DNA of 60,707 bases, the filler included, from Gonapodya sp. JEL0774 (taxonomy: Eukaryota): NCBI GenBank assembly GCA_027604505.1. It is 11 parts of 11 records of this genome, joined end to end, with 100 filler letters (N's around TTAATTAATTAA, not from the genome) between each part and the next. Parts side by side here need not be neighbours in the genome. Positions count along the whole stretch, not along the records: positions 22,221 to 27,652 come from JADIIX010000721.1; positions 27,753 to 33,178 come from JADIIX010000722.1; positions 33,279 to 38,695 come from JADIIX010000723.1; 8 more parts are not named here. One strand, written 5' to 3'. The notes beneath the pieces are model-generated. The model was given only the letters and a program-made list of their open reading frames with translations, made no database searches and was not told the origin of the DNA. The position numbers and the translations under genes are program-made. Numbering within the stretch: position 1 is the first letter of the stretch; every line of letters starts with the position of its first letter. Below are positions 22,788 through 36,721 of this stretch, in pieces.

Positions 22788-24415
22788 TCAAAGTCTTCCT
22801 TTCACTCCTGAAACCGCCACACTTCCGGCCTCCTTCCGTTTGAACGAGCTCTTTCTCGACGCGGTTCGCGTCCAGTACATTACATCCTCCTTTTCACTGT
22901 CCTTGATTGGGGCGAATCGCTTAGTTCCAGATTGTACCGATAAGGAAGATGGGTCGTTTGAGCTGTAGGCAGCCAGCAGATTGTTGTGGGAGATCAGAAT
23001 GAGGGTGCTCGTCATGTCCCACCAACTCACCTCGCCCGATATGCTGTCCAGTGTGAAAGCCCACTCCTCGCGCTAACACTGTATCCTGCAGCATCAAGTG
23101 CTTGGTTAGCCGTAAGTTTCATCATGCGTAGTTGGAATGGATCCTGTTAAGGTGTTGGTTCGCCATATTCCGAGTTATAACACCAAAAAGTGTCATCCCG
23201 CGAATAAAAAAGAGCTCACCGACTTTGCTATTACCCTCGCCAACGCTAGTGCCTCCTCGTCCTCTCGTCCCGTGGGTACGACCCTGTTCACGATTCCCAG
23301 CTCCTCGGCCTCATCGGCGAGAATGAAACGCTGGGTAAAAAAGATTTCCTTGCATTTTCGGACATTGAGCTGAAGGTCGTGTGGGAGCGATGTGAACTCG
23401 ACTAGGTGGTGACGGGAGAGGGAGTGAGGAATTGGTGCATCGATTCGAACACTTCAACATGGAAACGTGCGCTTCTCGCAGCTCCCACGGAGCAATGCGA
23501 TTCGCTAGTTTGAAGAGAGTGCATCCGAGGACTGACTGACACCTCCTGCTTTCAATTGGCCACCATTCCCAATTTTCTGTGTTCACTCACCCAGTGACGG
23601 CATCAACTTCACATTGTCAGCGGCGATGACAATATCTGCAATCGCCATAACAGCAAATCCGTGATATACGACGTACTTTGTGGTTGCAGACGAAGAGAAG
23701 TGAGAAAGATTGTATGTTAAACCTGAGAAACGAGGCTGACCACGTTAATGAGTGGAATGCTCACACCCTTGACAGCACAAATCAGAGGCTTCCGCAAAGA
23801 TCGCCATTTTAAGCACATATCAACATCTGCAAAGTCGTATCCCGTCAGCGTGCTGTCAACAATCTGAGCATAGGAAGCTTGTAAACACGAATGCCTTACC
23901 GAGATAGCTCCACTTCTCATATTCACCGCGCACGCCTTGTGCAACGAGAGATTGCACTACGGGATCATTCTAGAATTCATGGTGATTGCCGATATTCGAT
24001 AAGAGCCAAGCGACAATCCTTTGGAGCCCTACAGATTCAAACCTTTTCCTCTGGTGTGCCAAGGTCATGCCCACTCGAGAAGGAGTCGCCTTCTGCTCTC
24101 TGTGGGAATATCATAGGATGAGGTTACGTGGCCCTTGAATACGCTGCAGCAGCTCACCAGAATGATAACTTTGACCGAATCGTCCGCGCACGCCACTTCA
24201 AACGCTTTGTCGAGCTCCAGGGTGCAGGTCCGTCCGATTGGGTTGCGGTAGTGGGGCCGATTGAGTGACACAATCGCGATTCCTAAAATTTGCCAGCAGA
24301 GGTTGGATTTCGAGAGACTCCGAGATACCAAACACGATAGGGTGAAAACATTACCATCGTTGGTGATAGAGTACTTGATCTGCGTGAAGGATGGCACTGG
24401 GGAGACGGGAGCCAT
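22788..24415 (-). CDS. Enoyl-CoA hydratase/isomerase (crotonase) family protein, multi-exon
   Basis: MAPVSPVPSFTQIKY..GIAIVSLNRPHYRN..DDSVKVIIL, FSSGHDLG, WRSLRKPLICAVKG, ADIVIAADN, ADEAEELGIVNRVVP; ends VKGRL*. Confidence 0.85.
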
Positions 24416-25961
24416 TTGGAGGGGACCAACAGCACCGGTGGGTGTGGATAGTGGTCGGCAAAACTCCAGCCGGCGCACAAGGGTTTCTTTACACAAATAG
24501 ACGAATCAGATGGCTCTTCGTCTTCTGCAGGATATAAAACCAGTGAAATGATTTGTATGGGGTCAAAATACTTTACGGCAATTTGGGAGAACCGTGATGA
24601 AAGGTCCACGCAAATCAAAGAATGAAGTCATTTGAGTGTTGGAGCGTTAAAATTTCAGGATATTCACCTGCAACTGAACTTCCCCAATTGCATGAATTCA
24701 TTCTACAACGTGTGGGGTGAGTGAGGCGGTGCCTAAATGTACTGACTCAACCCATGCAAAGCAAATTCTTTTTGCCATCGAATCCTGATTCCGGCATCCA
24801 CTTCGTGTAGAGCTTGCATCTCGCCACTCGTGGAGTGAATGCAAATTTTGCCTGGACAATCGGCTCTCCCATCCCACTTTTCGAACTGAAGGAGATGGGG
24901 CAGAAAAATCCACTCCGCATCTCCTTTCTTCTCGGTAATCAATAGCTACTGATCGGCTCCGTGATTTTTTCGGGAGTGAAGTACCCGGGGTGCCTGACTC
25001 CTCTCCCTCGTGGTTGCTATGGCTTAGCGTTCTACTTTATACGCTAATTATTCTTGGTGCTGCAGTCGGGCTCTTCATATACAGCTTCGCGTTTCAGGTG
25101 AGAATTGTGCTGTCTGTGACATAGTCTCTGGGATCGCGGCCTCAAGCCCCCACCCAGGCCACCTTCGATGTCAATGACTGGTCCAACATCCGCAGAACTG
25201 CAGTTGGAAGCAACTGTTATGACATTCAGCTTTGCAATCAATTGCATTGAGACCTTTCCAATTTTCCATTCAGACATACGAAGCAAGACCAGGAACTTGC
25301 GGCTTTCGCGCTTCGACAAGTGGAACCTCCGCAGAGAACCCTTCGGGCAGCGGAACGGCGACAAGGCCGAATGCAATAACAATAAAGTGTGTGCTTAACT
25401 GTGTTTCTATATCAGGTTTTGGGACACTGATGGACACTGCCTACAGCGGCCACGGAGTGGCCCCCTTCTTTCAGAACCCGAATGCAAGATTTTATTCGAC
25501 CAAATCAATTTGGGAGGCTCCGTCGATACTATCAAGAATGATCTAAGAGATATTGACAAAGACTTAGAGAGCTCATATCGAATTATCTTTCTATTTGAAC
25601 CACGAGCTATACAAAGTCCAACCGGAATCAGATTTTCGGTGGCCAGAGTATGAAAATCCCGAGTTCTCGACTAACTTCCGTGAGCGCCTAATGCCAATTT
25701 ACAGTTAAAGACAATGTCGAGCAACACACATGCAGGGCCCATATGGGCCGCCGTGGAGCCATGCGACCAGATACATACGACTAATGGGCCAGAGTTATAC
25801 GCGACTCGAAGGAACAAAATCCAAAATGAGGTAACCAAACGTGTGAGGTGTCCCGCGTCAGGATGCAAACTGATATCGCGGCCCCAACCACACCAAAAAG
25901 TCCCACATCCTCTCATTGTTGCTCAATCCCGACCTCGTCAGGATATGATCTTCCACCGGTC

Positions 25962-27652
25962 TCAACAAGTCACAGTGACAGACGCCGCGGTCCCGCTGGA
26001 CACTCTTCCCCCATCACACACCACCACATTTGCGTTTCCCGATTTCGTCGAGCACGTCACGCCTGATGGAGTCGCGGTTATGGTCGCACTCTTCCCTGCC
26101 CCGCACGCTGCTTTCGAGTCGAAGAAGATCTCTGTCGCCGTAGACCCGTTATTCCCGCCCGTTGTGTAGGCCAGAGTCAAAGAAATGGGGGTTCGTATCA
26201 CCGTGACGCTCACAGGAGTCCCCGCCACTGCAAGCACATGGGGTCTTCCAACCGTCGCGCCAGCCCTGTAGTTCCAACCACCTTGCTGCCCCGTGGTAAT
26301 GCTCAAATCCTCCATGTTGAAGTTATCCACCAAGGTGGGTGTCCACTGGGGCACGTACGTCCACTGAGCCCACCCTGCGGCGAGCTGTGCGTCTGACGAG
26401 GACATCATGGACCACACCCAACTCGGGCAATCGATGAATTTGGCCGCACCATCGCAACCAAATTCGCCGATAATGACAGGCACAGTTCCCAAGGGAGAAG
26501 AAGCGGATATCATGGAGGTAACGGGTTGATCGGTGTTGAGGTCTTGTGCGGTGAGCAAGGGTGATAGCACCGTGAAGATGCCAGTGGTGGTATCGAACAA
26601 CTGCCCGTTTAAGGTGTTTGCCCAGTTGGTCACATCTGTGTTGAATGCCGACAACGTGTCTGGCGTATTTGCCGAGATGAGCGCAGTAATGGTGGATTGG
26701 TAGGAGGCGACGGAGGAAGATATGGTTGGGATGCTCGCCACGAATGTAGATACAGCCGTTACCGAGCTCAGCCAGTCATTCAGTTTGCGAACAGAGATCT
26801 GGACACAAGTTCGGTGCACATGAGTCCCACAATTCCGACCACCCTACCCAACGTATCCGGTCACTCACCCCAACGCTGTCCAATTGCTTACTCAGCGCGC
26901 TTCCCGTTGTCGATGAAGGTCCGTTCACAAAGGCGGCCAATGCGGAGAGCACGCCACCGCTCGGAAACGCGTATGTGAGTTGGATATACGTTTCGTCCAT
27001 GATGAACCTGAAATCGTACCAATGGGGCTTGTGGAGTAAGACGGTGTGGGACGTCAGTGATAACACACGAGTGGGTGCTGGTGACAACAAGGACTCACCC
27101 CATACACCACGTTCGGGATATTAGGCCTCTGCACCACATTGTTCTTGAACGCTGGTTCAACAACCATGATTGGATCCGTCCAGCCCGATGCGAGGATGGT
27201 GGCGTATGAGGCTTCGTAAAACGCGGCGTTGATGAGGAAAGGTTCGTTGACTGTCGAACATGCAACAGGAAACGCGGTGAGTGGGTGTAGCTGGCTGCGA
27301 AGAAGTGGAAACAAGGTAGAATTGATTACTCACTGACATCAAATCCCGCAACACAGTTTTTGAGACCCAGCGCAAGCAAAGCCCCTGCCACGTCCCCCAC
27401 CATTTCGGCGTGGGCGGCTCTGATGGGTCCATCCTGCAGCAATGCGGCAAACGAAACATCCAAGTCACCGGTACTTCCAGCCGCAGCAGCTTGGTTGGCT
27501 TGAAGGACACCCCAGAGTGGACACCCTCCAGCACGAATCGCCGACGGGCTGGTGTAATCGACAGGAGTGAACTGAGCGGTGGTGGGAACAGTCCATTGAG
27601 GGAACCCTTCACCGCACCCGTTGTTGGACCAGCGGGAAAAGGTGTCTTGGTG
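25962..27652 (-). CDS. GH5 glycoside hydrolase, endoglycoceramidase-like, 5'-truncated
   Basis: VAGFDV|INEP acid/base Glu, PHWYD, PVIIGEFG nucleophile, GWAQWTY..DNFNMEDLSI, RPHVLAVAGTP C-terminal beta domain. Confidence 0.82.
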
Positions 27653-27752
27653 NNNNNNNNNNNNNNNNNNNNNNNNNNNNNNNNNNNNNNNNNNNNTTAA
27701 TTAATTAANNNNNNNNNNNNNNNNNNNNNNNNNNNNNNNNNNNNNNNNNNNN
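27653..27752. other. Artificial contig-joining spacer
   Basis: N44-TTAATTAATTAA-N44. Confidence 0.98.
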
Positions 27753-28223
27753 AGAATGCGCACAGAGCACGGAAATTAAGGTTCATGGGATCGTGCAACG
27801 GTGGGTAAATTTGCAGCAGTGTTTATGCTCGCAGGGCCAAGACTCAGGTTTCCTGTCATTGCGGCATGGCGCACGGGATGTCACGCAGGAGACAGTCACA
27901 TATTCACATTGAATGACAGAAGCTCAGACATTTGAAGTGTGAGGATTGTCCTCAAATGCGTTTGTTTCCCAGAAGGAAATTGGTTGCGTTGCTGTGGAGC
28001 CAAACACAAACCTCCTTGTACCTGAGGAACCATGCTGTTTCCCACCAAAGACGGACTCAGGTGCTGACGGTTTCTCACTCAGTGAGAATACCACCCAACG
28101 AAAGGGACCCCGCACTAAACATTGCAAAGGGACAAAAGGTGACAGAATGATATCTTCGACTTCATCAGGAACGAAAATACATTTACTGATTATCTACATG
28201 GCCCCCACGTTCACTCGAACCAA

Positions 28224-30015
<1,792 letters not shown>

Positions 30016-30129
30016 CTTGCGCGGGTTTGCGGTGCGGGATTGGGTGCGGGAAGGTGAAGCGGTGGAAACATTTGCAACGTGGGCGCGTGACCTTTTGAGC
30101 CAGTCTGTGCCACACTCAGCACATCGTTT

Positions 30130-30335
30130 GATAAGTTCCAGAATCATCGACAAATTTCGCAAGCAGCGACCGAGAAAATGCTTGCGAAAACATCCTAGAC
30201 ATGCGTACGCGCGTTTATTCAGTCGAGCATTATGTGAATATTGTCGCCACTGGAAAAAACATGCTCGTTGCAGCAGGGTGTGACGTTGTTCGTCAGCTCT
30301 GGTGATTTTCAAACCAAATCAAGTTCTCGAAAACG
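30130..30335. promoter_or_regulatory. Possible partial heat-shock elements upstream of polyubiquitin
   Basis: TTCnnGAA units at about 30136 (ttccagaa) and 30324 (ttctcgaa); only two-unit matches. Confidence 0.25.
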
Positions 30336-30783
30336 ACGTGGAGTTGATGATGCAATGTTGTCTTCACAGAGGTTTGAATGGTGCTCGGTCCTCTCAGGGG
30401 TGATCTGCAAGCGGGCATCCGACCTCAGGCACGCTGTGGAGATCAAAACATGAAAGAATGAGGGCATTCCAAATGTCACAAATTTACGTTTACATAAATA
30501 ACTGCTGCTACCATTGAGATACACCATTGTTATCCGCTCTGTTTTGGTCCGGTTTTCATGAAGATTTCGACCCAATCGAACTACCATGTCAAAGTCCATC
30601 GATCAAGAGGACAAGACCACAAAATAAAAGGACCGAATAAGTCCACTTGCCGAAAGATATCACGGTGACAGAACAGTCGACCATGAGCCAACATGGCAAG
30701 GCTATTAAACGCATTTCCTCCCACCGGCCAATGTCTGAACAGATCCTCCGATCCTCCTCACCCATGTAACACATCCCCATTTT

Positions 30784-32133
30784 CTAGGTAGAATTCGACG
30801 CCGCCGACGGTATAGGCGGCAAGTACGGCTTCCCTTTCAAGATGGCGTTCTCCTGCTCCAACCTCCCATTCCTCTTCTCCAACCACGCGACCCGGGCGCG
30901 GAGCTTGCGAACCTCGTTGATGAGCGCTTCGTTTTCGCCTCGGAGTTCATCGTCGCGGGAAAAGTCGACGGTGGTCGAAGCTGGTGGGGTGGATGGTGTG
31001 AGGGTGTCTTGGGACACAGAGGAGAGGATGCTGGATCGCTCGATTGCGGGAGTGGTCCCGGATAAAGAACCTTCTAGGGTAGATGAAGGGAAGGGGAATT
31101 CCTCGAGCGAGGGCGATGCGGTGGGTGACGTTGGAGAGGCAATACCCGAAGTACTGGTCGTTGAGCCCGATCTCGGCAGGGTCTTATTGAGGTGATAGGT
31201 CACGTGCTTATCCAGCAGTTCCGCAAAAGCCGTGCTCTCGAGCTTCTGCACGGCCTCGACGACCGTTGTGGACACGATGGCGCCGTGAGAAAGGAGTACC
31301 CTCGCCATGTCGATGCTCGGGTCCAGCAGACACTCGTCCCGCACTTCAACCCATCGCGTCGGTTTGTCCAGAACGACATGGTACCCCTTTTTGTTCGCCC
31401 ACACTCTTGCCTCAGGCGCTCCCGACTTTCGCGAAGTGTCCGACTTGGAGCTGGTACTGCTTCCCTCTGTCGCCACCGCGGCTGCCGCATCCGGTACCTC
31501 GGCCTCCCCAACCGCCTGAAACGTCACCCGTTTGCCCCTCGCCAGCGCAAATGCCAATGCCGAGGAAAACCGGTAGTTGAACCGCCACCTGCGAGTCCAC
31601 TGGTCCGCGGTGAAGACCTCCCAGCAGTCTGCAATATGCCAGTCGATCTCGCGATTGGGATCCGCTCCTGCTTCGAGAAGTACACGTGCGATCTCGGGTT
31701 TTCCAGTGCGGATGGCGATGGCTAGCGCGGATTCCCCATCCACGGTGTCCACGCGTTCTTCCTTGGCGACCTCCTTCTTCACCCTCAATCCCAAAATCAT
31801 CCCACCGGGAGACACGACGCTTTGTTCTACAGCCACGAGTGCTTTGAGCGTCACGGATTTTCTGGCGTTGGGGTTCGCTCCATCGCTGAGGGCTTGTCTC
31901 ACCCGCTCGAGGTTCCCTTCCTCGCAGGCATCAAAGAGAAGCTCCGTGGCCGTTTTAAGCGCGGGCACTGCCGGTGGCGATGCAGGCTCGTTCTTCGCGG
32001 GAGGAATCGTGTGAACGTCCAAGGGAGATCCGAAGAAGGAAAAGCGCTTGCGGGTCCGCGACGAGCTTCGAGCGCGGGAGGAATCTTGGCCACCGGCTGC
32101 AGCGCCCGCACCAGAACCTCTCCAGCGGATCAT
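30784..32133 (-). CDS. Ankyrin-repeat protein with insertion-split repeats and a C-terminal coiled coil (single exon, 449 aa)
   Basis: LFDACEEGNLERVRQALSDGANPN, GESALAIAIRTGKPEIARVLLEAGADPN, MARVLLSHGA; Ser-rich linker; LRGENEALINEVRKLRARVAWLEKRNGRLEQENAILK heptads. Confidence 0.85.
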   Translation of the reverse strand: MIRWRGSGAGAAAGGQDSSRARSSSRTRKRFSFFGSPLDVHTIPPAKNEPASPPAVPALKTATELLFDACEEGNLERVRQALSDGANPNARKSVTLKALVAVEQSVVSPGGMILGLRVKKEVAKEERVDTVDGESALAIAIRTGKPEIARVLLEAGADPNREIDWHIADCWEVFTADQWTRRWRFNYRFSSALAFALARGKRVTFQAVGEAEVPDAAAAVATEGSSTSSKSDTSRKSGAPEARVWANKKGYHVVLDKPTRWVEVRDECLLDPSIDMARVLLSHGAIVSTTVVEAVQKLESTAFAELLDKHVTYHLNKTLPRSGSTTSTSGIASPTSPTASPSLEEFPFPSSTLEGSLSGTTPAIERSSILSSVSQDTLTPSTPPASTTVDFSRDDELRGENEALINEVRKLRARVAWLEKRNGRLEQENAILKGKPYLPPIPSAASNST

Positions 32134-32636
32134 GACTGAATCAGGCGGCGATTTTGTACACAGATTTGGTCAACAGAGCAGTGAAGTTAGTTTCACTTTT
32201 CGAGTTGGCGGGTGAACGGTTTGTCGCGAACTCGCCTCATAAATCAACGGGGCCGCAGGTATTGCACTGATTGGTCATCACCCCCTCATTTTATGGTCCA
32301 TCCCAAACTGTTTGAGAATGTGGTGAAAATGCCATCTAAAAACAAAATAAAAAACATGGATGGTATACTATCGCAGGATTTACGGTGTTATGATTGATTG
32401 GCCCTTTGCGGTGTCAGTCAGTTACGGGAGTAAAGAATGTGCATGGTAATAAACATGACCTCAAAGTACTGAAAGTACAAGTGCACTCAAAATAGTTCTG
32501 AGGAGGGTGAAGTCTCAGGTGTGGTGCTCATCGGGCAGCGCCAAAAGCACGCACTCCGACAAACAACCCCACCGCGACAGTCGCCGCGGCAACACCGGCG
32601 ATCTCCCAAGCTGTCAATACCACACACCAAAATGGA

Positions 32637-33178
32637 TCAATGACGTCGCGAGAACAAGCTTTTGAGCTTGAACCACAGCAACCGCAGAAACACACCGTGG
32701 GAGACTGCCCAACCCGTCCACACGGCCAACGTATTGATCCTCGTCCAAAAGCCGATCCTCTTGGCGTCGAAGCTCTTCATTGAGTCCCTATGCACCATCC
32801 TCGCCGGTGTCTCAGTGGCTTCGAAGAGGAGGATCTGCTGGTTGGAGGTGGTGTACGACTTCCATCCAGGGAGGGGAGTTCCAGTCGCTGCAAAGTGGGT
32901 CCAGTTGCCAAGCAGGCAGCGAGCAAGAGGGAGTTCGTGGGGTCGCAAGGTGGATTTGTGGTTGAAGGTGTACTGATTCGGTTCACATGGAATGAGAGTC
33001 AGGGCATAACAAAACGTCCGTAATGAGTTGGTGCAAGTCAACCACCATTGCTACGAATCAAAGTAATGACATACAATCCACTCACCGGTAGATCAACAAC
33101 GTGACATGCTCCCAAACCCCGTTCTTCCGCCGCCTTGCACGTTGCTGCAAACCGGTACCTGTCAACAAAGCAGAGCCT
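32637..33178 (-). CDS. Type-B carboxylesterase, 3' end only
   Basis: YRF..GLGACHVVDLP|YTF (catalytic His motif), WTHFAATGTP..WKSY. Confidence 0.78.
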
Positions 33179-33278
33179 NNNNNNNNNNNNNNNNNNNNNN
33201 NNNNNNNNNNNNNNNNNNNNNNTTAATTAATTAANNNNNNNNNNNNNNNNNNNNNNNNNNNNNNNNNNNNNNNNNNNN
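33179..33278. other. Artificial contig-joining spacer
   Basis: N44-TTAATTAATTAA-N44. Confidence 0.98.
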
Positions 33279-34262
33279 TTCGTACAAGTCAGGCTGAGGC
33301 TGAGCTTTCCGCTTCCCAAAGAGTCCACCTAGTGAGGAAGACGTTGCTCTAGCTTCGAAGACTTCGGCCGCTCTCTCAACCCTCGCCTCGTCCACCACAG
33401 CTCCTCCGTCCAGCAAGGCCTTCACCACCTCATAATCGGTCTCTACCTTCATCCTGTCAGTAGCTTCTTTATCGAGTACCCATCCACCCTTCTCGTTGAA
33501 CCCGCCTTTATATCGCCCGTCCAACAATGCAAAGTCTATAATGTGTGGCAGCCCACGGCGAGCCAAGGTCCGTGTGGGCCCGCTACCCGAAAGAGCGACG
33601 GCGGCGTTCCGGCCAGTGTAACGGAGGGTGCCAGAGGAAGTAAGGATAATGACGTCAAAGTAGCAGGGCTCGTTGGGATCAGCACCTGCTCCCGGGTTGA
33701 GTTCCGTGGAACAGAGGATCAGTTGGTTACGGGTTGGGAGAGGACCATGACAGGGATTAGAAGAGCAGCGTGCATAAAGGTTATACCACATCGACGATTC
33801 GTGTAATCAGATACCGCTCTTGCGCCAAGGGAGGGATTAGATATGTATCTGAACTCACCCCTCTCAATCAACAGTTTCACCAGCTCAGCCGAGCCATGAA
33901 CGATCGCCAACAGTAACGCGCTCTCTCCTTGGCCCCTAAGTCCGGTAACCGAGTCAGGTGAAATTGAATCGGTGGGCAGGGCAGGATCCCGTGTACGGAT
34001 ACAATCAATGACCACCACTCGATCGCCATCAAAATCGACATAAAGCACCAACGAATCTCACGCACCTGATGTATTCATCCTTTTCCCTGAAGCCCAGTGT
34101 CTCCCCTTTGCTCGAAGCGACTAGTTTTCGGGACCTCGGGCTGGCACCTTCATCGAGTAGCGCGCGGGCTTTTTCCACGCTGCGTGACTCGACAGCTTCT
34201 ATCAACAGTCTGTTGAGTGTAGTCAAAGGGCGGGGAGCGGATGATGAAGGGACGGCAGTCAT
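33279..34262 (-). CDS. Ankyrin-repeat protein, same family as 30784-32133, 3'-truncated
   Basis: LIEAVESRSVEKARALLDEGASPRSRK, GESALLLAIVHGSAELVKLLIER|GADPN, FNEKGG, VVKALLDGGAVV. Confidence 0.8.
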
Positions 34263-34369
34263 GGTGGTAATGGAGAATTATTTGCATCCTTGTTATCAAT
34301 TGGGATCGGACTACTACATATTAGGCAATATCAAGACAGAACAGTACCAAACACTTGAAGTACAACCAC

Positions 34370-36451
34370 TTATAGATTCGCCTCTTTTCGCAACGCCTGA
34401 ACTATTCTCTCCCCTTCCCTCCTTCCACTCATCCATGCCCCGTGTACGCTGCTCCAGTCTTTTTCGCTCGTGTGCTCACCCGCAAATCCTACGCATCCAG
34501 CAATCGGCTCATGGAAGGGTTTGAACAAGGTTTCCTGAGCGGTCCGGAAGGAACCAAACCCTGTTGGCAGATACGAGTAGGAGCACAGCGAGTAGGGGTC
34601 GGAGTACCACCGGGTGATCTGGAGTCGCAATAATGACAGGTGCTGTTACGAAAGTGAGATAGGAGGCTCCGCGCTGACTGCACTTACCTTCACATCAAGC
34701 GGTTCCGGCACTGTCACGTCCTGCGCAATGTTCATTCCTTTACGTAAGACATCCATCACCAACCGCACAACGTCTTTTTCAGCCGCTGCTTCGGCGGCCT
34801 CTGCCCATCCCCGGTAACACAGCACAACAAGGATCGGTGCACCAGTCTGCCGGTGGAGGTTTACCGCGTAGAGGGGATTAAGGCTATGTGGTTTGAACAT
34901 CCCTCGAGTTGGAGCAATCGTTGGCGGAAATACGGGTGAGAACATCGAAGTAAAGTCGATCTCAGATGACCCTGAGTGTCGTTGTGAACATTGTGTAGTG
35001 AATGTTAGCCAACTGCCGATAGGAATTCGCGGTCGTACTCACACCAAGCTGTCTCAAACTTGAGTACAATTTTGTCTAACAACCCTGCACCGAGACCCTC
35101 AACCGCGGTGCGAATCCGTGGTGGAAGCGGTGGATCGAACATAACTTCGTGGTGAGCTTTCAACACACCAATCGGCAGAGTCACAACGAGGTGATCACAG
35201 GAATAGCGTGATCCGTCGCGGCAGGATACTACCACTCGAGGGTTGGAGGCAGCGGAGATATCCGAAGCTTTGTCTTCTGTTTGGTACCGTACTCGGGTCA
35301 CTTCGCGCTCGAGGATGACATCTGTCCCAACGCACAATTCGGCATCGCGAGTGATGTTGTCGAGAGCCACACAATAGCCATCTTGCACAATAACATCTGT
35401 CTCGTCAGCATCGTAAAACGAGTTCCAGTCTGGTGTACAAGAGAGCTCTAGTTTGCGTCGAACAGACAACAGCAGGGTTCAATATCAATTTCCGCGAGGT
35501 GCAACGGTCGGTGTAATCGGAACCATTATGCGCTAACCTTCGGGATCACCACCAGAAGCGCTTGCGGAAGCCACCGCCAATGCTTGAACCACTTCCACTG
35601 CATCGTTGATTTCCTCTTCGGAGCTCCCCTTAGCCCTCATTTCGGCAGCAACCTTGCTCAATTCCACATTCCACCATTCTACAACTGATATGTCCAGTGT
35701 TGCGTCATCGTGTATTTTCCTGCGAGCATGAAGTTTGCTTCGGAGTTTGTGGGACACTTTGAGATAGGTGGCCATTTTTGCAGGTGGGACGGGCCTATAA
35801 GCTTGAGGATGAGACAAGGCGTACTCTTGGGACTTCCATATTCTCCCTGTGTACTATCGGAGGCTGGGTGAATTGTCGACTCCGCACTACGTGTTACGTT
35901 CCTTGCGCCGACAGAGTTGAGCTCACCAGAGGTGGGTCCGTATTCTTTAGAAGCGGAGTTCCCTCGGTACCATGGATCCAGCTACGTCAAATAAGAAATA
36001 AGAGGGCCGAACATACAAGGATGACGAATGCAGGAAATTCGTGGTAAGCATCATTTCGACAGTGCCAGCGGATGTGTACCTCGCCCCTAGATCGATAGGA
36101 ACACCGAATCCGTCCCAAGTATGAGTTCTTGGACATGAAAAATGATCGATATTTGTCTCAGCGCAGGGTAAGAACCACATCTGTGCCGGTATCATGATTG
36201 ATCCGCAAATGATGCACTCACTCACCGTCCTCCAATTCTCTCGCGCGCCTCCAGGACGAGGACATCAATCCCTGCCTTTTTGAGAAAATGAGCGGCAGCA
36301 AGGCCCGATATGCCGGCGCCAATGACCATGGCAGTGGAATGCCTCGTCGGATCTCGACGCAAATTCTCTAGGCACCCCAAAACCACGATTTCTGAGACTC
36401 CGAAGACCAGGCACCGAAGACGACTTTCCAATGTTTACCATTACCTGCCAT
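34370..36451 (-). CDS. Flavin-containing amine oxidase (polyamine oxidase-like), multi-exon
   Basis: [73 protein letters not shown]; likely 7-nt first exon ATGGCAG at 36451-36445; ends EANL*. Confidence 0.88.
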
Positions 36452-36721
36452 TACAGATTTGATGTGGCAGCTAGAGCGAATGATTGGGCGAATCCTCTTG
36501 TGTTGTCCCGAGCTGTGCCTCGTGGTGCGGAAAGAAGTACCTCAAAGGTCCCAGTACTCTTCTCTTGTATCATCATACACTTTCCCACGTCCTCTCTAAA
36601 TACCGTGAGCCATTCAAGCGCCATTATTGTGTGTCGCCATCGTCTGAACCAGCGACTGTCTACTGTTCCTTGCTATTGTGAACCCAGTCCCCGTCCATTT
36701 TCTGTCTCGATTCGACCAAAG

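Noticed and set aside
24500..25900. Short ORFs and an X-box-like GTTGCTATGGC near 25013
   Set aside because: No recognisable protein; the motif is only a partial match with no evident ciliary gene nearby.
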